Assembly (NCBI GenBank): GCA_963735035.1
Contig: CAVTJJ010000006.1
Span: forward strand, 1 to 64,000
Length of the DNA: 64,000 nt
Direction: 5' to 3'
From: an uncultured candidate division Zixibacteria bacterium
GTDB lineage: Bacteria > Zixibacteria > MSB-5A5 > GN15 > FEB-12
Positions 38,816-48,919 of the stretch are shown one piece after another. The notes below the pieces were generated by a model. That model was not told where the DNA came from, searched no databases, and saw nothing but the letters and a program-made list of their open reading frames with translations. Within the stretch, counting starts at the first letter, position 1. Each line of letters starts with the position of its first letter. A program made the position numbers and the translations under genes.

Positions 38816-40654
38816 TTGAAGACAGTGACGTCTATCCGTTTGATTCTCACTTTCGCCACAGTGTTGATTCTGTCATCTGCCGCTTTCAGTCAGATCGGTC
38901 GGGTTGCTATCTCCGACATGCAGGATCAGATTGAAAGAAGCGGCGGGACTTTCACGGTTTCTGAAAACGAAGCCACCAAGTATCCGCTTGAACAAATTTG
39001 CGGTATGAAAGAACCGGCCGACTGGAAGTCGGGTGCGAATTTCAAGTCAATACCTTCAATTGCCGCGTCATCACTGCCGTCGGCCTTTGACTGGCGGACA
39101 GCGGCAGGTGCTCCTCCGATCAGGAATCAGGGAGGATGTGGCAGTTGCTGGGCGTTTGCCACGGTCGGCGCGCTTGAGTGTGCGATCAGAATTCGCGAGG
39201 GTCAATCGGTCAATTTGTCCGAACAATGGTTGCTGAGTTGTAATCTCAATGGTTGGGACTGCGACGGTGGATGGTATGCCCATTCGTATCACGGCCTGGT
39301 AAACGACGCCTGCGGCGGCACCGGCGCAGTGCTTGAAACGGACTTCCCGTATGTCGGCCGTGTGACCGCGTGTAATTGTCCTTACCCGCATCACTATAAC
39401 ATTAAGACCTGGGCGTACATAGGCGATGGCGGCTCGGTGGCCGGCATTGAACAGATGAAGCAGGCTATAATGGAATACGGCCCTATCTCGGTGTCAATCG
39501 CCGCCAATAGCTACTTCCAGGGTTACCATAGTGGCGTATTCAACATGTGCACCAACGATCCCATCAACCACGCGGTCGTACTGATGGGGTGGGACGATTC
39601 TCAGGGCACCGACGGCGTGTGGATTTTGCGCAACTCGTGGGGTACCTCCTGGGGCGAAAGCGGCTACATGAAGATTGCCTACGGCTGCTGCCAGGTAGGG
39701 TACGCCGCATGCTACATCGACTATCGTCCGGTTGAAGTTTCCGTCACGAATGATTTTGGTCCGGCGCCTCTGACCGCTTCATTCCAGTCGAACACGCCCG
39801 GCGAAACGGTCATCGGCTGCACCTGGGATTTCGGCGACGGGGAAACGTCGACCGAAATGAATCCGATTCATCTGTACGATCAACCCGGCTGCTTCACTGT
39901 CAAGTTGACGGTCAATACCGCTTCCGGCAATCTGGTCAAGATTTGCCCCAACCTGGTCTCGGCCTACGCCGACACACTGGCCGGGGCGGCGGTTCACCTG
40001 TTGTCGGGCGGACCGGTGCGTTTGGACGTGGCAGCGCGTAATTACCTGACTCTTAACAAGATGATTATCCCATTCAGCTGGAGCGGTTCCTGGAACCTCA
40101 GGTATGATTCGTTCTCAGTAGCTTCAGCCCGAACCTCATACTTTGATCAGGCCTCATTGCTTTCCATGGATGTCTCCAATAAGCGTGCGACGATTATTCT
40201 CTCCGCTGGCAGTCAGGCTCCCCTGGCCGCGGGCGAAGGGACCGTGCTTTCGCTTTGGTTCACGGCCCCGGCCAGTCCGGCGGGTATGAATACCGTGCCG
40301 TTTACAGACTATGCTTCTTACTCGCCGGAATTTACCAGCAGCAGTCTTACCTACCGACCCAGTTTGACAAACGGGTATTTCTATACCGATGTCGCGGTCA
40401 GTTGCTGCAATGGTCGGGTGGGCGATGCCAACGGTATTGGCGGCGATGAACCAACGATCGGCGACGTCTCCGCGCTTATAGACGCCAAGTTCATTTCTGG
40501 AAGCTGTACCGGCATCTTGTCTTGTCTTCCGGAAGCCGACGTCAACCAGTCGGGCGGAACAAATCCAACGTGTGATGATATTACGATTGGAGATATTTCA
40601 GTACTGATCGACAACTTGTTCATCACCGCAAAGCCGCTGCCTAATTGTCTCTGA
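38816..40654 (+). CDS. Secreted C1 (papain-family) cysteine peptidase + PKD + cohesin-like + dockerin-like module
   Basis: NQGGCGSCWAF, NHAV, RNSWG; WDFGDG; start codon uncertain (TTG 38765 or 38816). Confidence 0.9.
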   Translation: MKTVTSIRLILTFATVLILSSAAFSQIGRVAISDMQDQIERSGGTFTVSENEATKYPLEQICGMKEPADWKSGANFKSIPSIAASSLPSAFDWRTAAGAPPIRNQGGCGSCWAFATVGALECAIRIREGQSVNLSEQWLLSCNLNGWDCDGGWYAHSYHGLVNDACGGTGAVLETDFPYVGRVTACNCPYPHHYNIKTWAYIGDGGSVAGIEQMKQAIMEYGPISVSIAANSYFQGYHSGVFNMCTNDPINHAVVLMGWDDSQGTDGVWILRNSWGTSWGESGYMKIAYGCCQVGYAACYIDYRPVEVSVTNDFGPAPLTASFQSNTPGETVIGCTWDFGDGETSTEMNPIHLYDQPGCFTVKLTVNTASGNLVKICPNLVSAYADTLAGAAVHLLSGGPVRLDVAARNYLTLNKMIIPFSWSGSWNLRYDSFSVASARTSYFDQASLLSMDVSNKRATIILSAGSQAPLAAGEGTVLSLWFTAPASPAGMNTVPFTDYASYSPEFTSSSLTYRPSLTNGYFYTDVAVSCCNGRVGDANGIGGDEPTIGDVSALIDAKFISGSCTGILSCLPEADVNQSGGTNPTCDDITIGDISVLIDNLFITAKPLPNCL

Positions 40655-40670
40655 TGTCGCGGTTGCCGAC

Positions 40671-41801
40671 TCAGGCCAGATCTGCCAGAAGCTTCTCCCA
40701 CGCTTCGCACTGTTGAACGTGCGAGAACTTGGTCATCGCATCTTCACGGGCGAATTTCCCCATCCGTCGGGCCGATTCAGGATCGTCTAAGAACGTTCTA
40801 ATGGCCGTAACCAGTTGTCCGACGTGGCGCGGTTGTACGAGCAGGCCGTTTTGTCCGGGCAGTATCAGGTCGATGGTGCCCCCGTCTCTGGTTCCAATAA
40901 CCGGCAATCCGGACAGCAGCGCTTCCAGCGTCACCATGCCGTAGCATTCCGACTTCGAAGTCATCAGGTAGACGTCCAGCGCGGCGTAGATCCATTCGAT
41001 GTCCTCGCGAAAGGGAAGGAAATGAACCTGGTCCACCAGACGATGGACGACCACCAACTGGCGTACATGGGCGTCGAATTCGTCCCCTTCGTTGTGGCTC
41101 TGATCCCCGACCAGGAGCAGATGTGGACGATACCCCAGTCGACCGAGTTGCGCCAGGGCCTCAATCGCGATGTCCTGGCCCTTCTTTGGGTCGATCCGTC
41201 CGACCACTCCAAGGACCACTTGATCGGTCGGCAATCCAAGACGCTGTCGAGCCTCTGCGCGCGACGGGCGCAATGAAGTAAATGTGTCGATTTCCACTCC
41301 CCGCGGCAGAATGTGCAGCCGCTCCGGGGGGAGGGTGGTCTTTTCAAGAACCCGGTCGGCGAGCCATTTCAGAGGCGTCTCCATAGCGTCGATGCGGCGA
41401 TACAGCCAGGAATGATAGGGGTCTTTCTTGTCCTTCCCGATGTGCATATTCTGCGAATAGATTAAGCGCAGGCGACCGCGCGAAAAGAGCCGGGCAAACA
41501 CCCCCATGAAGATATCGGGACTGCGATGCACCACCAGCCAGCGGGCACCGTCGCGGCGGGCGAGTCGCGACAGACGCCAGGCGTTTACAAGGTCGCCGGA
41601 GCGAAGGCGCGTAGTTACCGGCGCCGTTCTGATACCGGACCGAGAGACTTCCTGATACAGTCGAGTGTTGGGATCGCCGTAGAAGACGAGATTCCAACTG
41701 CGCTGTTTCATCCATTGAAGGAACCGCAGGACGTTCATTTCCAGCCCGCCCCAGGCGGGCGACGAACAATAAGAGGCGAGGGTATAGTTCTTGTGGTTCA
41801 T
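40671..41801 (-). CDS. Glycosyltransferase family 4
   Basis: WGGLE, VGRIDPKKG, SECYGMVTLEA, GGTID; start uncertain. Confidence 0.88.
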   Translation of the reverse strand: MNHKNYTLASYCSSPAWGGLEMNVLRFLQWMKQRSWNLVFYGDPNTRLYQEVSRSGIRTAPVTTRLRSGDLVNAWRLSRLARRDGARWLVVHRSPDIFMGVFARLFSRGRLRLIYSQNMHIGKDKKDPYHSWLYRRIDAMETPLKWLADRVLEKTTLPPERLHILPRGVEIDTFTSLRPSRAEARQRLGLPTDQVVLGVVGRIDPKKGQDIAIEALAQLGRLGYRPHLLLVGDQSHNEGDEFDAHVRQLVVVHRLVDQVHFLPFREDIEWIYAALDVYLMTSKSECYGMVTLEALLSGLPVIGTRDGGTIDLILPGQNGLLVQPRHVGQLVTAIRTFLDDPESARRMGKFAREDAMTKFSHVQQCEAWEKLLADLA

Positions 41802-41986
41802 CGGTTTGGCAATATACGCCCGGCTCTTTCCGGACTCAACTCTTTGTTTGGTCGGGCGTTCGGGGTTAATTGGAGCCATGATATCTATTTTAGGGGAACA
41901 TTTTTCGGCCGGGACGTTTATGAATCTGTGAAAGATTGAATTACGGCTCGACCGTACAAGTCGGCCGATGAAATGGAGAAACTGAT

Positions 41987-42592
41987 ATGTCACACACTTT
42001 GCCTAAATTGCCGTACGCGTATGACGCGCTAGAACCGTACTTCGATGCCAAGACCATGGAAATTCATCACTCCAAGCATCATCAGACCTACATCACCAAG
42101 CTGGACGCCGCGTTGCAGGGCCATCCGGGTCTGGAATCCAAATCGGCCGAGGCGTTGATCTCGGATCTAAGTTCAATTCCGGAGAATATCAGGACCGCGG
42201 TGCGCAACCACGGCGGTGGGACCGCCAATCACAATTTGTTCTGGGACATTCTGGCTAAGGGGACTACCTTCACCGGGCCGGCCGCCGATGCCATCAAGAA
42301 TCAATTTGGCGGGTTCGAACAATTCAAGCAGCAGTTTTCGACCGCTGCCGTCAACGTGTTCGGAAGCGGCTGGACCTGGCTGGTCTGGTCGAACGGCAAG
42401 CTCGAGATTGTCTCGACACCCAATCAGGATTCCCCGTTATCGGCGGGCAAGACCCCCATAGTCGGGCTGGATGTCTGGGAACACGCTTACTATCTCAAGT
42501 ACCAAAACCGCCGTCCGGAGTACATCGAAGCCTTCTTTAATGTCCTTAACTGGGACAAGGTCAACGATTTGTACCTTCTGGCATACAACTAA
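41987..42592 (+). CDS. sodA: Fe/Mn superoxide dismutase
   Basis: [37 protein letters not shown]. Confidence 0.93.
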   Translation: MSHTLPKLPYAYDALEPYFDAKTMEIHHSKHHQTYITKLDAALQGHPGLESKSAEALISDLSSIPENIRTAVRNHGGGTANHNLFWDILAKGTTFTGPAADAIKNQFGGFEQFKQQFSTAAVNVFGSGWTWLVWSNGKLEIVSTPNQDSPLSAGKTPIVGLDVWEHAYYLKYQNRRPEYIEAFFNVLNWDKVNDLYLLAYN

Positions 42593-42617
42593 GCCCCGGT
42601 CCAGGGCGTGGGGTAAC

Positions 42618-42654
42618 GGGGTTGCCGAGTCGGTCGGCAGCCCCATTTTGTTTT
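42618..42654 (+). terminator. Rho-independent terminator after SOD
   Basis: GGGGTTGCCGA...TCGGCAGCCCC followed by ATTTTGTTTT. Confidence 0.7.
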
Positions 42655-42767
42655 CCGACCGTCTGCCTGAAGCGAAGTCGATACGTCCAGGAACAGGCGG
42701 TCGGGCTCATGAAGCGTGTCTCTTCTGACGATATTTTGATTAAGTTCAGGTAATCAGGGACAGTCGT

Positions 42768-43190
42768 ATGTATCAGATCGAGAAAACTCACTGGGGCTTC
42801 AGGCTCACTTTTGGCGGTTCCATCGACGCTGCAGAGATGACCCGATGGCTCGAGGAGTCGCGAAAAGTTCTCGCCGCCCAGGAAGATGAATTCTATGTCT
42901 TCGTCGATATGCGAACGCTGATCCCGCTCGATCAAGACGCCCAGATTCCTATGATCGAAGGACAGGCGCTATATCGCAGCAAGGGCATGCAGAGGTCGGT
43001 GGTCATCCTGTCCAGCCCGGCTACGGCGTCGCAATTTCGACGAATCGGCGGCGAAACCGGTATCGGCAAGTTTGAACGCTATATCGATGCGTCAAGCGTA
43101 CCTGATTGGGAAGAGGTCGGTCTGAACTGGCTGTTCAATGAAATCGAGCCGGAGACCGCGGACAAGCCGACAACCATCTCCGGTCGTTGA
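42768..43190 (+). CDS. Hypothetical protein, possibly STAS/SpoIIAA-like fold
   Basis: Coherent ORF; LTFGG, VFVDMR pattern. Confidence 0.6.
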   Translation: MYQIEKTHWGFRLTFGGSIDAAEMTRWLEESRKVLAAQEDEFYVFVDMRTLIPLDQDAQIPMIEGQALYRSKGMQRSVVILSSPATASQFRRIGGETGIGKFERYIDASSVPDWEEVGLNWLFNEIEPETADKPTTISGR

Positions 43191-43209
43191 TAATCTGCTT
43201 TGAAATTCT

Positions 43210-43608
43210 TCAGTGCCGCATGGCGCGAAAATCGATCATTCCCGAAAAATCCGTCAAGACGAATGTTATTCGCCACCAGCCGGGCGTACCCGAAGATGTC
43301 GTAAAGGCCCCGGTCTGTTTGAGATCGGTCTGATACTTGATCTGGTAGGCGGAATCTTCAACCGTCACCGCCACCCGTCCGCCCTTGATCGAGGCCGCCT
43401 GGTCGATGTTGGCGGCGCTTCCCAGCATGTGCCAGAAATAGACCAGTGTAGTATCGTGATTCTTGACGTCCTGCATCTGGAAATGAAAGTTGTCCTGCGT
43501 ATTGACCACGTCGGGTATATGCGAGGACAAGGGATCTTTGTGGCAGCCCAGGTTAGCCGCAAATATGATCGCCGCCAAGGCTATGAGAATGACAAGGGTT
43601 CGGTGCAT
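43210..43608 (-). CDS. Hypothetical lipoprotein
   Basis: Hydrophobic N-terminus with LGC lipobox. Confidence 0.65.
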   Translation of the reverse strand: MHRTLVILIALAAIIFAANLGCHKDPLSSHIPDVVNTQDNFHFQMQDVKNHDTTLVYFWHMLGSAANIDQAASIKGGRVAVTVEDSAYQIKYQTDLKQTGAFTTSSGTPGWWRITFVLTDFSGMIDFRAMRH

Positions 43609-43723
43609 TAATTCTTATACGTCTCTGAGTCGAAAGGGATTCTAATCGACGTAGTTTGCTCTGCCTGCGGCCGTAGAATTATGGTGGGGACAAACTCGGT
43701 AGTCGGGAGAATTTGCAGACCGA

Positions 43724-44485
43724 TCAAACACGTCGCAAGAGGGCTACCGGGCGGACGACAGATGCGTTTTCAGTAATCGGCTGCTCCAGATCCCAGTCTT
43801 TCCACCAGCCCACCAATTCAAAATCGCTCCGGTTGCGGATAAAGGCAAGAAATTCATTGGGGCTGATCGCGCGATTGCGCTCGACCATCTGCAGTTTGCG
43901 ACGGCGTCCCCGGTCGTTGACGTCCAGCGTCCAGACCTCTTCATACATCTGTTGCGAGGCGTCGACCAGGCGGATGTTGAACCGGGATTCGACCGAGATG
44001 CCGTCCCGCTCGTAGGTGACGGCGTTATTATCAGCATATTTCAGCGGATCTTCGAACTGTACACACCAGTCGAGGAAGTAGAGCCCCCCTTTCTTCAAGC
44101 AGCGGGCCATCGAGTCGAAATGGGAAGTCATCTCCGGCAGGCCGTTGAGGTAGAGTGACCCGAGCATTACGAAAGCAAAGTCAATTTCTTTCGACGTTTC
44201 GAAAGAGATCATGTTGCCCTCGACAAATTCCGGTCTCGAGTCGAGGTGCCGCCATTTCGCCACGGCGTAGTCGAGCATATTGCGGTTGTTATCCAGGCCG
44301 CAGTAAGAATAGCCCCGGCCAATCAACTCTTCTGCATGAGGGGCAAAGCCGCAGGCGACTTCAAAGACGCGGCGAACCTCGATCCGGGAGTAGCGCTCCA
44401 TGCACCGGCACATGAAAGCCACTTCCTTGGGAATGTCCCGGAAGGAAAAAGCTACCTCGTAGTATTGCGGATAGTCGTAAATCAT
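43724..44485 (-). CDS. Class I SAM-dependent methyltransferase
   Basis: FEVACG, GLD....ML, LKKGGLY. Confidence 0.8.
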   Translation of the reverse strand: MIYDYPQYYEVAFSFRDIPKEVAFMCRCMERYSRIEVRRVFEVACGFAPHAEELIGRGYSYCGLDNNRNMLDYAVAKWRHLDSRPEFVEGNMISFETSKEIDFAFVMLGSLYLNGLPEMTSHFDSMARCLKKGGLYFLDWCVQFEDPLKYADNNAVTYERDGISVESRFNIRLVDASQQMYEEVWTLDVNDRGRRRKLQMVERNRAISPNEFLAFIRNRSDFELVGWWKDWDLEQPITENASVVRPVALLRRV

Positions 44486-44896
44486 GCTGTCTTCGCGTCT
44501 ATGCTCGGTCGTCCCTTTCTCCCTTTAACGGCGGCCAATCGGGTATTTTCAAGGTGAAAGACCAAACGAAGCGGTTGTGGAGGCGACGAATGTGCAATTC
44601 TTGAATATGTTAGGGAATCGCGAAAACATTTCCGTCAATCGGCATGAATTAATACTGAGATGCTGCATTGTTTCCGGTTTGGTCAGCGAATCCGGCCGGG
44701 ATATGATTAAGAATTTGGTCATTCCATGTTTCTCGGAACGAGTACAAATCCGTCCGTTCGTACATCCGCAGGCATAGTCGCCGGCATCAGAACAGCCTAG
44801 TTTGCCTGGTTGCCAATTGGATTTGGAGTTGGTATCTTAAATGTCTGTGCAACGCGAGCTTAGATTGATAGCCGGTCTTTTCAGAGTGAGAGAGAC

Positions 44897-45460
44897 TTGA
44901 TCGACGACGAATCCACGATAATTGCTGTTGCCCTGGCCGGTGACCAGAAGGCCTACACCCGACTGGTGGAAGCCCATCGGGCTGCCGTTTTCCATATTGT
45001 CAACCGGATCGTACATAACGACGAAATAGCCCGCGATCTGGTCCAGGAAACGTTTATGAAAGCGTTCTCGTCGCTGGCGTCTTATCGGTCCGAATTCCGC
45101 TTTTCAACCTGGCTTTACAAGATCGCCGCCAATTCCTCGATCGACCACCTTCGGAAGCGGCGAATTCAGGCTCTTTCCCTGGATGCACCCGTGGAAACGG
45201 GGGACGGACAGATGGAAATCGAGGTTCCGGATGAAACCCACAATCCGGAACTCGTCTTGGTGCGCAAGCAGCAGCGCATTTCCATTGATGTTGCCATAGA
45301 CTCCCTGCCGCATAAGTATCGGGAAGTCATCGTTTATCGTCACAAGGACGATAAATCCTACGAGGAAATAGCCGACTTATTAGGCATACCGGTCGGGACC
45401 GTCAAAGCCCGCATTTTCCGAGCCCGTGAACTACTGAAACGGAAGCTCCGAAACGTTTGA
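44897..45460 (+). CDS. ECF RNA polymerase sigma factor (SigW/RpoE-like)
   Basis: DLVQETFMKA, FSTWLYKIAAN, SYEEIA..LGIPVGTVKARIFRAR. Confidence 0.93.
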   Translation: MIDDESTIIAVALAGDQKAYTRLVEAHRAAVFHIVNRIVHNDEIARDLVQETFMKAFSSLASYRSEFRFSTWLYKIAANSSIDHLRKRRIQALSLDAPVETGDGQMEIEVPDETHNPELVLVRKQQRISIDVAIDSLPHKYREVIVYRHKDDKSYEEIADLLGIPVGTVKARIFRARELLKRKLRNV

Positions 45461-45488
45461 GCGGCCGACTTCCCGCAAGGACTAGAGT

Positions 45489-46460
45489 ATGCGCAACTGT
45501 CGTTACACGATATGGGCAGGTCTTCTATTGGTCACGGCCGCGTTCATCCCGAACGCCGGGGCCGAGGACTTCTCGTTTGACTATCAGAAGATTCTCAATA
45601 TCGGAGCGGACGCCCAATTGACGCTATCGTTTGTAAGCGGGGACGTCTCAGTGGTTCAGAGCGAGGACGATCGTCTCGTGATCGACGCCCGCAAGCGCGT
45701 CAACGCGGCAACTCTCGATGAAGCCCAGTTGGTGGCAGATCATATCGAGATCCGGGTTGCCAAGGATGATAAGAAGGTGGGAGTCACCGCGAATTACCTG
45801 CGCCTCAAGAACAACTCCCGGACTTTCTGGTCCAAAGTTCTGGGTAAAGGCGGCGACGATGCCTATGGCAACGTTGATTGGGACATCAAGATTCCGGTCG
45901 GCGGCAAAGTCACCATCATCAACACGGGCGGCAAGATTAAGATCGATCATATAGTGGGAGATGTTGATGTTCGCAGTTCGGCTTCGGAAATTGAGCTGCT
46001 CAGTATCGAAGGTTCGGTGAAGGTCGAGAATCTCTCCGGCTTTACGACCGGTGAACTCCTGTTTGGTACGGTCGATGTTCGCCAGACTTTTGGGCGAATC
46101 GATTTGAAGTTCGTGGAAGGGGATATCCGGATCAAGTCGTCCACAGCCGGAATATCTATCCGACAGGACGAAGGCGCCCTCGATTTGACCACGCAGTCGG
46201 GTGACGTCGATATACAGACCAATCTCAACAGTGCCCGCGACTGCTTCGTTGCAACCGAGAGCGGGCATATTAGACTGATGATTCCGGAAACATCCTCGGG
46301 CGATTTACGAATAGAATCACAGACGGGCGATATCAAGACAGACATGCCAATTACGATCAAGTCGATGTCGCGCAAACAGGTAGAGGGCACCTTTGGGTTC
46401 GGCGGTGTAAAGATAAACTTGACTTCGGTGTCCGGTGATGTGACTGTTGCTCAGTTCTAA
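45489..46460 (+). CDS. Secreted DUF4097-like beta-strand repeat protein
   Basis: Signal peptide; repeated SGD(V/I) motifs. Confidence 0.75.
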   Translation: MRNCRYTIWAGLLLVTAAFIPNAGAEDFSFDYQKILNIGADAQLTLSFVSGDVSVVQSEDDRLVIDARKRVNAATLDEAQLVADHIEIRVAKDDKKVGVTANYLRLKNNSRTFWSKVLGKGGDDAYGNVDWDIKIPVGGKVTIINTGGKIKIDHIVGDVDVRSSASEIELLSIEGSVKVENLSGFTTGELLFGTVDVRQTFGRIDLKFVEGDIRIKSSTAGISIRQDEGALDLTTQSGDVDIQTNLNSARDCFVATESGHIRLMIPETSSGDLRIESQTGDIKTDMPITIKSMSRKQVEGTFGFGGVKINLTSVSGDVTVAQF

Positions 46461-46490
46461 TAGCCGTTTACACATAGGACCGGTGTAACG

Positions 46491-47804
46491 ATGAGGCTTC
46501 GTTCAGCCACGCTGCTCATATTCGCAGTTCTTTCCGCGCTCGCGGTCGGTCCTCTCCATGCCCAAAAAGACCAGGACTCAATCACTTCTGCCAAGCATTC
46601 TACGTCCGATTCCACCCGCGTTCGGCCATCCAGTGAGACACCGACATTTGTCGAAATCGAGCTGACGGCTGAGGGTGCTATCGCCTACGACAGATCGGGC
46701 GGTCGCTGGGCCTACGATTTCGACAAGCTGCAATTTGTCTCTGCGCCGGCTGAGGCTGGAACGGTGCGACGCTCGGAAGGTACTCCCGAAGAGCAGGCTC
46801 CTCCGGTCGAAGTTCGGTGCACCGAGCTCAAGAAAGTCGATAACCCGGCCCTATCCGCAGTCTATGTCAAGACAGACGAATACGTCGATGGAGATATCGT
46901 CGCCTACAGCCGTGTCTCGGTCAACGGGTGGGTCAAGGGAAACGTCAGATCGCTCAACAGAGCCGTCCTGATTACTTCAACTGGCCAGGTGGATGGCAAC
47001 GTCGAAGCTCCTGAGGTGGAAGTCCGCCCCGGCGGACGGGTCCTGGGAGAAGTGATCAAGACACCGGCCTATCAGATTCCAGGAGACCTGATTGCGTCCA
47101 GTTTCTCCAAAGCGGGTTTATGGGTAGTATTCGGATTTACGCTCGCCCTGGCCATAGTGGCGTTCCTCTCGGCTGCTTTGGCGTCACAACGGTTGACAAA
47201 CATGACCGGCTGCATCATCGAGCATCCGACTCGATCGACATTGATAGGCTTACTCTTCGTATTCCTCCTGCCGGCCATCGTGTTTGTAGTCTGTGTCACG
47301 ATTGTCGGCTTCCTCGTCGTCTGGGCCGTTCCCCTGGCCTATTTCGTGGCTTTCGCGGTCGGGATGTGCGCCGTCGGGTTCAAATTGCAGACGATCTGGG
47401 CACGCGTCACGGGACTCGGCAAGCCCGATCTCAGAATCGGCTCAGTGGTTGGAATTGCACTGTATATGGGATTATGGGCTTTGACGGCTATTGCCTGGGG
47501 CTCTGATGATCCGGCCTATCGAGCCGGCGGGTTGGATGTCTGGCTGTTGGTAATCTCGATATTAGTAACATGTTATCCCTTGCTGGTGGGGATTGGCTCG
47601 GCTGTCCTGACCCGTTTTGGTTCGCGGACCTACGTGAGTCGTCGATCTGCGATTTCGCGGTGGCATGAACCGGCGCCCGCGCCGGCCCCGCCCCCCATAC
47701 CGGAAGCTCCGACGCATTTCACTACCAGAACGCCGCCACCTCGTTCCGGAGTGGAGCCGCTTGGTCGCCCCGAGACCGGCCCGAATAACCTTCCTGAAAA
47801 CTGA
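46491..47804 (+). CDS. Membrane protein with a bactofilin-like beta-helix, several TM helices and a Pro-rich tail
   Basis: V.G.V.GNV repeats, hydrophobic C-terminal half, PAPAPAPPP. Confidence 0.65.
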   Translation: MRLRSATLLIFAVLSALAVGPLHAQKDQDSITSAKHSTSDSTRVRPSSETPTFVEIELTAEGAIAYDRSGGRWAYDFDKLQFVSAPAEAGTVRRSEGTPEEQAPPVEVRCTELKKVDNPALSAVYVKTDEYVDGDIVAYSRVSVNGWVKGNVRSLNRAVLITSTGQVDGNVEAPEVEVRPGGRVLGEVIKTPAYQIPGDLIASSFSKAGLWVVFGFTLALAIVAFLSAALASQRLTNMTGCIIEHPTRSTLIGLLFVFLLPAIVFVVCVTIVGFLVVWAVPLAYFVAFAVGMCAVGFKLQTIWARVTGLGKPDLRIGSVVGIALYMGLWALTAIAWGSDDPAYRAGGLDVWLLVISILVTCYPLLVGIGSAVLTRFGSRTYVSRRSAISRWHEPAPAPAPPPIPEAPTHFTTRTPPPRSGVEPLGRPETGPNNLPEN

Positions 47805-47872
47805 AACATTTTCGGTTTGAAAGCAGTAAATTGCCTTGGGCGGAGTACGTCTCCGACCCTGAAAAGAGGTAT

Positions 47873-48730
47873 ATGAATTCTTGCAGATGTGTTCGGCTTG
47901 TGGCGGCGATCAGCCTGCTGTCTTGCGGACCTCTCTTGGCCCAGGAGCCTGAGAAGGTAAAAGAGGTTGTTTCCTCTGAAGACTGTAAGTCCGTTGACCT
48001 GCAGCTCGATTTCTCAGCCGGCACGATTGAAGTTGTCCCGGCCGACATCGCCGACCTGGCAAGAATTGATATCTACTACACCCCACGCAGTGTCCGCTAC
48101 AATATCGATAAGACTATGAGAAATGACCGATGCGTGGTCAATCTGGAAAGTGAACGCCGCCGCAACTGGTCGGACAACGACTCCGATAACGAATGGACAC
48201 TGCAGCTTTCCAAGCGATACCCCACATCTGTCAGCATGAACATTGGCGCCTGTGACGCCGAGATGGATTTCGGCGGCATACCCCTGACATCGCTCAGCAT
48301 GGATATCGGCGCCGCCTCCCTGGAAATCGATTTCTCCGAACCCAATCCGACTGTTATGAAAGAGCTGTCAGTCGATTGCGGAGCCTCGTCTTTAGAGATC
48401 AGAAATCTGGCCGCCGCTAACGCCCACTCAATGAGTTTCGACGTTGGGGCGGGGTCTTGCGAAATTGACCTTCGCGGCGAAATCAAAGGCGAGACGGAAA
48501 TCGAGATCAGTGTAGGAATCGGCTCCATGGATGTCATCCTGCCGGAAGGGGTGGCGCTTATGGTCGAGGGTGACGACGGCTGGTTATCGAGTCTCGACTT
48601 TCACGGACTGGAGTTGAATAAGACGCATCGCGGCGCCTGGGAGACCGACAACTTCAATGATGCGAGCAACCGGGTGGTCATCACGGCCGATGTCGCTCTG
48701 GGATCGATTGCCATATACGCCAAACGTTAA
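47873..48730 (+). CDS. Secreted beta-repeat ('toast rack'/LiaF-C-like) protein
   Basis: Repeated (I/V)GA....ID motifs; ADVALGSI.I end. Confidence 0.65.
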   Translation: MNSCRCVRLVAAISLLSCGPLLAQEPEKVKEVVSSEDCKSVDLQLDFSAGTIEVVPADIADLARIDIYYTPRSVRYNIDKTMRNDRCVVNLESERRRNWSDNDSDNEWTLQLSKRYPTSVSMNIGACDAEMDFGGIPLTSLSMDIGAASLEIDFSEPNPTVMKELSVDCGASSLEIRNLAAANAHSMSFDVGAGSCEIDLRGEIKGETEIEISVGIGSMDVILPEGVALMVEGDDGWLSSLDFHGLELNKTHRGAWETDNFNDASNRVVITADVALGSIAIYAKR

Positions 48731-48919
48731 GATCGTACCTCCAACGACGATCACCGTCCCATTCCGGGGAGGTTTTTCTAATCCCGCTATGCTATCAACC
48801 GGGTATAAGGCTGCAGGGAACCGAGGGGTGTGATATCTGTTGTTGACCTTCGAGTTGAAGGCTCGTACGCTCTGGAAGTCGTGAAGCATCCGGGTGAAGC
48901 CCCGCATGAGAGGAAGGAC

